Program-made: the position numbers and the translations under genes | Notes under the pieces: model-generated | Database searches by the model: none | Seen by the model: the letters and a program-made list of their open reading frames with translations, nothing else | Told to the model about the DNA's origin: nothing | Origin: Candidatus Cloacimonadales bacterium | GTDB lineage: Bacteria > Cloacimonadota > Cloacimonadia > Cloacimonadales > JAIOQZ01 | DNA: 64,000 bases | Assembly: GCA_963665815.1 (NCBI GenBank) | Contig: OY762463.1 | Coordinates: forward strand, 1,216,001-1,280,000 | Direction of reading: 5' to 3' | In this document: positions 57,307 to 64,000 of the stretch, one piece after another | How positions within the stretch are numbered: position 1 is the stretch's first letter | How the letters are laid out: each line of letters starts with the position of its first letter

Positions 57307-60300
57307 ATGCGAAGACAATTAATATTAGCTTTATTGCTTTTATTCGCAGTTTCCATTTTTGCACAGACCTCAGGAGGTCCTGACGCTTACGGATACTCAT
57401 GGATTAACAGTAATGATGCTAATGGTCCTTCTTTCACCTGGATCACTCCGGATACAGTGAACGCAACACAAGTAACTACTTTCACGGACGATTCAATGGT
57501 AGGTCCATTCACAATTGGTTTTAACTTTCCATTTTACGATCAAACAAAGACAGACTTTTATTTAAGTTCAAACGGATTTATTTCCTTTACAGGAGACACA
57601 AACAGTCTCACAAACTACACAATCCCTACACCAGGCATCCCTAATGACTTTATTGCATGGTTCTGGGATGACATGGACCCTGTAAGCACTACAGCCCCAG
57701 CTAACAATGCTCGTGTTTATTACGAAAATATAACTTACAGTGGTACTAACGCGCTTCTAATCACATACCTGAATTATCATGAATACTCAGGAGAAGGAAC
57801 AGGATACGTTGATGCACAAGTTATCCTGAGAGACAATGGTCAAATCATCATGCAATACGATTCATTCAATGGTGGTATTGTTTTAAACGAAGCTACAATT
57901 GGCATCGAAAACTCTGATGGAACTATCGGTCTTGAATACTGCTTTGATGACTCAACATTAATTTCAAATCAACTTGCCATAAAATATTACACAATTGAAG
58001 ATGGCTATCCTGAATTTGCACAAAACCCTAATCCAGCCTCAGGATCAACAGGTATTCTCGTTAATGGAACATTAACATGGGATTTCGGTGCAGATACTGA
58101 TACTTATGATTTATGGTTCGGACCTGCAGGAAATATGACTCAGGTTGTAACCGGTGCCACAGCAGGAGCTACAGGCTCATACACATATAGTGGACTTAAT
58201 ACTCTTTCCAGCTACGAATGGAGAGTCGATACTCATAATACTGCTGTTAGACTTTCTACAATCGGAGCAGTATGGACTTTCGAAACTCAGTGTGGTACAA
58301 TTACTACATTCCCATGGAGTGAAGATTTTGAAGGAGCACAGCTTCCTTCATGCTGGGTAGAAGATATTAATAACATTACTCCATGGTCTTTTGGTACATC
58401 TACTCCATCCTCTCCTACCGGTCCTTCATCTGGAGACCATACAAGTGGTTCAGGATATTTCATGTATACAGAAGCATCTGGAAGCCTCAATCAAGTTTTC
58501 AAAGTGACATCCCCAATATTTGATGCATCTGCTTTAACATCACCAGTTCTTGAATTCTGGTATCATATGTACGGGCAATCAATGGGAACTCTTCAAGTTA
58601 ACATTTTAGAACCGGCTACCGCTACATTACACTCAGATGTTATTACTCCTGTATCAGGAGATCAGGGAGATGTATGGAACAACGCAAGTGTAGATTTAAC
58701 ACCTTACACAGGTGAATTCCAGATTGAATTCATCGGAACAACAGGAGATGACTACTACAGTGACATCTGTATTGATGATGTAGGTATTTATGATAATGTT
58801 ACAACACCTGCATGTAACGCACTGAATACACCGGCTGATATGGCTATTGACATTATTGAAGCTGGAACACTGACTTGGAGTGGATCACAAGGTGCAACAG
58901 GCTATAAAGTTTCTCTTGGTACAGATAACCCTCCAACAAACATCGAAGATGGTCTTGATGTTGGAGCAGCTTTTTCTTATGACTTCTCAGGATTAACTTT
59001 CGGAACAACTTACTACTGGATGGTAACTCCTTACAATACAAACGGTGAATCTACAGGATGTCCTGTAAGATCATTCACTGTAAGAGCTGATCCAACCATA
59101 TCTACTTTCCCATGGACTGAAGATTTCAGCGTATGGCCACTACAAGACTGGGTTTTTGCAGGATCAAGACTGTGGGCAGAAGATTCAGGATCAGGATCTG
59201 CTTACTGTAATTTCTGGGGTTGGAGCGATGGTGAAGCTCATATGGTTACTCCTCCAATAGCCCTCCCTGCTACAGGTTCTTACAGCTTTGGTTTCAACTG
59301 GTCTCACTTATACAGCACTACATATCCTACAGACTCAGCGGCAGTATTAGTTTCTACTGATGGAGTTAACTGGAACATGGAATGGACTCTTGGTGGAACT
59401 AACTTCGATTCAAACGATGGAGCTGCGAACACTGCTCCAGGTACATTTACTTATGCTGAATTCAATCTTGACAGTTATCTTGGACAAACGATATACATTG
59501 ATGTAGTAGGTTACACAGGCTATGGTCCTAACTTCTACGTTGATAATGCTACTGTTTTCAGCGTTTCAACACCTCCTGGATGCTCAACAGCTGATACTCC
59601 TGCTGATGGTGCTAATGAAATTATCGAAATGGGCACACTCAGATGGAATACTACTGGAGGAACAACCGGTTATAAACTCTTCTTTGGGTCAGATAACCCA
59701 CCTACAAACATTGAAAATGGAACAGATCTTGGTAACGTGCAAACTTACGACTTCTCAGGACTTGCATTCAATACTACTTACTACTGGACTGTAGTACCTT
59801 ATAACACTAATGGTGATGCTACAGGATGCCCTGTATGGTCATTCACAACAAGACCTGATCCAACAGTTACTAACTTCCCATGGACAGAAGATTTCTCATC
59901 ATTCCCACTTGAGCCACGTGGCTGGAGCTATGGTGGTACTCAGCAATGGGCTGAAGATGCAGGTTCAGGAAGTATATTCGCAAACTTCTGGAGCTGGAGC
60001 ACTGGTAATGCTGAATTATACTCACCACCAATCGCATTAACAGGAAACGCAGACCTTCTTTTCAAATGGTCACACACATTCAATACTTCATATCCGGATG
60101 ATGCTTTTGAAGTGTCAGTATCAACAGATCAATCAAACTGGACTGTTGTATGGTCAATTCAGGATTCTCTGTTTGAATCTAATGATGGTGCTCAAAGTAC
60201 AGCTCCTGGTACTTTTGTTCAGGAAACCGTAAATATTGATGCATATAGTGGTCAGACAATCTATCTTAAGTTTGATGGTATTTCAGGATACGGTCCTAAC

Positions 60301-62037
60301 CTATACCTTGATGATGTTGGAGTTAATATTACAACACCACCAGACGATGATCTTACAGTTATTACAGTTATTGGTAACACAACTCCAATGGTTGGATCAC
60401 CTTCAGATTATACAATTTCCGTAAGAAATAATGGTCTTAACACACAATCAACTTATGATGTAAAACTTATGCTTGCTCCTGATACCGAACTCGGAACTAT
60501 TGCAGGTACTACAATTGCACATGATCAGATTAATGATTATGTTATCACCTGGATTCCTCAAGCAGGAATGGAAGGAAATCAGAATATCTTCGGTAAAGTT
60601 GTTCTTGCCGGTGACGAAGGTCCTGGTAATGATGCTTCTGCACCACTTCCAGTCAACGTTCAAGCATCACAAACAGGTATTCAGGGCTATGTACGTGACA
60701 TTAACGGCAACCCACTGTTTAACGCTCAAGTACTGATTGAAGAACTCCAGTCTGTTCAATATACAGGTAATAATGGATTCTATCAATTCCTTAATGTTCC
60801 TGTTGAAACATATACAGTAACTGCAAGTTTGACAAATTATGATAACAATACACAAACTAATGTCGTAGTAACTCAGGACAACCTTACTGACGTAAACTTC
60901 ACAATGACTCAGGGTGCAATCCTCATGGGTACTGTTTACGATCATGCTAATGTTGAAGTTGCCGGAGCTCTTGTTGAAATCGAACAACTTGCTATTACAA
61001 CAACAACAGATGCACAAGGTAACTACACATTTGTACAGGTTACACCGGGAACATATACTGTTAATGCAACTAAAGATGGTTATATTGATCAAACTGAATC
61101 TAACGTAGTTATAGCTGCGGATGCAACTGTTGATCTTGATATTATTCTTAACGAATATGGTCATTTCACAGTTAATATAACAACAAACCTCAGTTCACCA
61201 ACCGGTGCAATTGTTGAACTTACTGACGGAACAAACACATATACTGAAACATCAGATGATACCGGTGTTGTTCTTCTCAACGAGGTTCTTCCGGGAACAT
61301 ACAATCTTACAGCTTCACTTCCGGACTGTAACATTCACGAACAACAGAATATTGTTATTGTAAATGGTGACAATACTCCTGTTGATGTTACTCTTGATGA
61401 AATCCTTATTGCTCCAACAAACATTCAATGGCTTAACAATGATCGTATTCTTGTTTGGCAGCATGGTGACAGAATTTATGGAACCAGAGCAGATGGTGAA
61501 ACAGCACTTGTTGAAGGATCATCTTATGTTGAAAGAGATTCTGATAATGAAGAAGACGAACGTGCATTCATGTATTTCAGAGTTGAAATTGATATTATTA
61601 ATCAAACAACATCAGATACATTCTTCACAGTGACAGGATTTAACATTGGAGAACAACTTACTGCTACAATCACAGCAGTATATGAAACAGGTACCGCAGC
61701 AGCTCCAGATTTTGATTTCACATTTGAAGAAGTTGCAAACGATCCTGATGATGTAAATCTTGTTACAGAACTTAAAGGTAACTATCCTAACCCATTCAAT
61801 CCTACTACACACATTGAATTCTCACTTAAGAAAGCCGGAAACGTAGAACTTGCTATCTACAATATCAACGGACAGAAAGTAAGAACACTTGTAAGTGAAG
61901 AAATGGAAGCAGATAACCATAAGGTTACCTGGAATGGTAAAGATGACAGAGGAAACTCAGTTTCAAGTGGAACATATTTCTACAGACTGCAAACCTCTGA
62001 AACAACACAAACTAAGAAAATGCTGATGCTGAAGTAA
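57307..62037 (+). CDS. Large secreted multidomain protein (nidogen-like, Fn3, MAM, 2x Fn3+jelly-roll, CARDB-like, 3x carboxypeptidase-regulatory-like) with type-A/FlgD-Ig CTD
   Basis: Signal peptide; GGPDAYGY, IAWFWDD; MAM TGPSSGDHTSGSGYFMYTEAS..FWYHMYG; C-terminal NYPNPFNP..IYNINGQKV..WNGKD..SSGTYFY..TKKMLMLK. Confidence 0.85.
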   Translation: MRRQLILALLLLFAVSIFAQTSGGPDAYGYSWINSNDANGPSFTWITPDTVNATQVTTFTDDSMVGPFTIGFNFPFYDQTKTDFYLSSNGFISFTGDTNSLTNYTIPTPGIPNDFIAWFWDDMDPVSTTAPANNARVYYENITYSGTNALLITYLNYHEYSGEGTGYVDAQVILRDNGQIIMQYDSFNGGIVLNEATIGIENSDGTIGLEYCFDDSTLISNQLAIKYYTIEDGYPEFAQNPNPASGSTGILVNGTLTWDFGADTDTYDLWFGPAGNMTQVVTGATAGATGSYTYSGLNTLSSYEWRVDTHNTAVRLSTIGAVWTFETQCGTITTFPWSEDFEGAQLPSCWVEDINNITPWSFGTSTPSSPTGPSSGDHTSGSGYFMYTEASGSLNQVFKVTSPIFDASALTSPVLEFWYHMYGQSMGTLQVNILEPATATLHSDVITPVSGDQGDVWNNASVDLTPYTGEFQIEFIGTTGDDYYSDICIDDVGIYDNVTTPACNALNTPADMAIDIIEAGTLTWSGSQGATGYKVSLGTDNPPTNIEDGLDVGAAFSYDFSGLTFGTTYYWMVTPYNTNGESTGCPVRSFTVRADPTISTFPWTEDFSVWPLQDWVFAGSRLWAEDSGSGSAYCNFWGWSDGEAHMVTPPIALPATGSYSFGFNWSHLYSTTYPTDSAAVLVSTDGVNWNMEWTLGGTNFDSNDGAANTAPGTFTYAEFNLDSYLGQTIYIDVVGYTGYGPNFYVDNATVFSVSTPPGCSTADTPADGANEIIEMGTLRWNTTGGTTGYKLFFGSDNPPTNIENGTDLGNVQTYDFSGLAFNTTYYWTVVPYNTNGDATGCPVWSFTTRPDPTVTNFPWTEDFSSFPLEPRGWSYGGTQQWAEDAGSGSIFANFWSWSTGNAELYSPPIALTGNADLLFKWSHTFNTSYPDDAFEVSVSTDQSNWTVVWSIQDSLFESNDGAQSTAPGTFVQETVNIDAYSGQTIYLKFDGISGYGPNLYLDDVGVNITTPPDDDLTVITVIGNTTPMVGSPSDYTISVRNNGLNTQSTYDVKLMLAPDTELGTIAGTTIAHDQINDYVITWIPQAGMEGNQNIFGKVVLAGDEGPGNDASAPLPVNVQASQTGIQGYVRDINGNPLFNAQVLIEELQSVQYTGNNGFYQFLNVPVETYTVTASLTNYDNNTQTNVVVTQDNLTDVNFTMTQGAILMGTVYDHANVEVAGALVEIEQLAITTTTDAQGNYTFVQVTPGTYTVNATKDGYIDQTESNVVIAADATVDLDIILNEYGHFTVNITTNLSSPTGAIVELTDGTNTYTETSDDTGVVLLNEVLPGTYNLTASLPDCNIHEQQNIVIVNGDNTPVDVTLDEILIAPTNIQWLNNDRILVWQHGDRIYGTRADGETALVEGSSYVERDSDNEEDERAFMYFRVEIDIINQTTSDTFFTVTGFNIGEQLTATITAVYETGTAAAPDFDFTFEEVANDPDDVNLVTELKGNYPNPFNPTTHIEFSLKKAGNVELAIYNINGQKVRTLVSEEMEADNHKVTWNGKDDRGNSVSSGTYFYRLQTSETTQTKKMLMLK
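58801..60336 (+). repeat. Tandem intragenic duplication of about 256 aa (Fn3 + jelly-roll module)
   Basis: TPAD..GTL.W..GYK..G.DNPPTNIE.G.D.G..YDFSGL..DPT..FPWTEDFS..SNDGA..TAPGTF..GYGPN occurs twice. Confidence 0.8.
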
Positions 62038-62109
62038 TTCAATATCTGCTGCTTTACACCTTCCAAATGGTTTTTAGACCTATGGAGTGGTAGTAAAATA
62101 AATCTCTTC

Positions 62110-62140
62110 AACAGCCTCTCATTCGAGAGGCTGTTTTTTT
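62110..62140 (+). terminator. Intrinsic terminator
   Basis: AACAGCCTCTC-attc-GAGAGGCTGTT followed by a T-run. Confidence 0.85.
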
Positions 62141-62181
62141 GTTTTAGGGGAATTGAGTTATTGGGGAAAATCGTAGAAACG

Positions 62182-62671
62182 GGTACCGTCCCCTTTAATT
62201 TGTCTGATTTGACAAGAAATAGAAAAGAACCTCCAATAGTAAAAAAAGATCCAAAAGGAGGTTCTTATGAAATTGACAACAAGTCAATTGAGTCTTGTGT
62301 TAGACACTGCAATTGTCGAACACGGGCTAAACATGTATTGGAAACAATACTAAACTGTCTGATGAAATTAGAACGGACAGAATTTTTCCGGCAAACAAAA
62401 TTTACATATCTGAATTATGATTACAGAATAAGAAGTATGATATACAACCAGTTGGATAGAAAACATGGATAAACAGTTCAGAAGAGTGCTGAAAATAAGA
62501 AACTCAATGCCTTCTGATGAATCTGCCTTGCTTCTCATTAGTAAAATAGCACTGGATAAGGTAGAAAAATATTTACAATATCCATTGCATACCTATAAAT
62601 TTGACGATAATATTATGAAATATTTTATATACTATTGATGAGGTTCTAGACAAACTTAGTTGGACCGTCCC
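62182..62671 (+). mobile_element. Internally deleted, frameshifted IS256-family element
   Basis: 24-bp imperfect TIRs (62182-62205, 62648-62671; 17/24 match). N-terminal MKLTTSQLS..VLETILNCLMKLERTEFF joined to C-terminal FTYLNYDYRIRSMIY/TTSWIE..FRRVLK..MPSDESALLL. Confidence 0.75.
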
Positions 62672-62807
62672 ACTTCTCTACATAGAAGAAGTACTTCTTT
62701 AGCTACACAATCTGTGATGTTTAAACATCACTTCAAAAATATTATTGCATTATGGTCAAAGAGACTAAAGAATTTCTTGATTTCATTGAAGTATACATGA
62801 TTTAGAC

Positions 62808-62841
62808 AAAAAAAAGGCTGATGCGTTAACATCAGCCTTTT
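62808..62841 (-). terminator. Intrinsic, possibly bidirectional, terminator
   Basis: AAAAGGCTGATG-cgttaa-CATCAGCCTTTT. Confidence 0.75.
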
Positions 62842-62862
62842 ATAATATATTATGTGTTATTT

Positions 62863-64000
62863 TTATTCATCGTAGTCATTTACATGATAAAGCATAATTG
62901 AGTTAAAATCATCGAATGATCTGTTATAGATTTTAATCTCAGAAAGTGTTCCATGGAAATTACTGTAATTGTAACTACCAAATGCAAGAGGGCTGGCAAA
63001 TGGCTGTCCCATACCGATTGAAACATGATTTACAATATCCCATTGCATTTCATCCGAAACGAGGTAATAGTAATCAAATCCATCATATGTCGCACCATTA
63101 TTAGAAATCCATACTTTACGTGCACCACCAGCTTCAATACTTACAACAACAAGGTGCCACTCATTATCATTATATCCTGTTCCCCATTTACCGGTAATCA
63201 TTTCATTTCTATATCGAGGTATACTGTCTTGTTCACTAATAGTAATGTTATATAAGTTATCTGCATAAATTAAAGCACCTTCTTCGTTGATACCCAGCAT
63301 GTGATGGAAAACATCATGCCCTAAATTAGTATCAACTGTAGAATCAGAGCAAACTGAATAAATCACGGTAACTTCGTCTTCACCTTCAGGCCTCCAGTCA
63401 GTTTTAAACCATACTGCAAAGGTTACATCATCTTGTCCAACTGTTAAGGAACTTAAATGAGACTGAGCACCAGCCATCACAGCATAAGATGCATTATGTT
63501 CATCAGTCATAATATCATTTGAAAGTGCAGCACCTGGTGTTCCAAATCTATCTTCTTTGTCAGTTTCAATATCATTTGACATGAACCCGAGAGAATCACT
63601 TAAGATATCTTCAAGCTGATTATTCTGTACAACATAATCTGCCATTAAACCTTCTACAGGAGTATTTCCTATCGGGAAGTAACTACTCCAGCCAAACTCC
63701 CCATTATCATCTTCAATTTTAATAAGATAGTAAAGGCTGTTATGCCAATCATCATCAAACACAATATTCATTGATCCGTCAGGAACGTCACCACTTCTGC
63801 CAAGAACTACAGGTTCAGCATACAGACCTTCATACAAATAAATTGTAATACTGTCTGAAGCGTTTTCCCATCTTACTTCTGCTGGTTCTTCACGAAGAAA
63901 TACTGATGAACCGGTAGGCATTGTTATAAATATTTCAGGTTGTTTATCCTGAACCATAACGTATTCGGAGTATCCATAGTCCTGTGTACCATTTGTTGAT
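62863..64000 (-). CDS. Secreted-type protein with Ig-like and LamG/concanavalin-A-like domains; 5' part outside the window
   Basis: Frame stays open to the window end; DRFG, TFAVWFK, NDNEWHLVVV, FHGTLSEIKIYNR. Confidence 0.7.
   Translation of the reverse strand, partial: STNGTQDYGYSEYVMVQDKQPEIFITMPTGSSVFLREEPAEVRWENASDSITIYLYEGLYAEPVVLGRSGDVPDGSMNIVFDDDWHNSLYYLIKIEDDNGEFGWSSYFPIGNTPVEGLMADYVVQNNQLEDILSDSLGFMSNDIETDKEDRFGTPGAALSNDIMTDEHNASYAVMAGAQSHLSSLTVGQDDVTFAVWFKTDWRPEGEDEVTVIYSVCSDSTVDTNLGHDVFHHMLGINEEGALIYADNLYNITISEQDSIPRYRNEMITGKWGTGYNDNEWHLVVVSIEAGGARKVWISNNGATYDGFDYYYLVSDEMQWDIVNHVSIGMGQPFASPLAFGSYNYSNFHGTLSEIKIYNRSFDDFNSIMLYHVNDYDE

Noticed and set aside
62161-62472. 103-aa ORF as a real gene
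   Set aside because: It is a chance read-through of frameshifted IS256 fragments.
544-63255. Numerous short antisense or overlapping ORFs in the six-frame track
   Set aside because: They overlap well-supported genes and show no motifs.

Overview
AT-rich bacterial chromosomal window. The T9SS-type C-terminal domains suggest an FCB-group, Cloacimonadota-like organism (inference). It holds housekeeping genes (serA, cobB, mtaB, ridA, tRNA-Ala(GGC)), an MBOAT/SGNH pair, a GH3 glucosidase, a two-RND efflux operon with beta-propeller lipoproteins, a four-gene signalling cluster and a large secreted protein with a type-A/FlgD-Ig CTD. A sigma54-preceded flagellar basal-body cluster (flgB-flgC-orf-fliE-fliF-fliH-fliI) lacks fliG and fliJ. 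The standout is a compact five-gene operon at 49698-57032. It encodes (1) a 1042-aa Ig/cadherin-repeat surface protein with a type-B-like T9SS CTD, (2) a PorV/PorP-SprF-like barrel with a C-terminal TPR, (3) a signal-peptide-bearing chimera of a FliF-RBM3-like domain, one TM helix and FliG middle and C domains, (4) MotA, and (5) a short MotB with Ser in place of the canonical Asp. I infer a candidate non-flagellar MotAB-driven rotary device coupled to a T9SS-type surface adhesin. Mobile and decay features include a dispersed IS5-like MITE family (up to 6 copies), a RAYT transposase with REP-like palindromes, an internally deleted IS256, a macAB deletion scar and a gene split by an in-frame TGA. 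All assignments are by eye from motifs; no searches were run.
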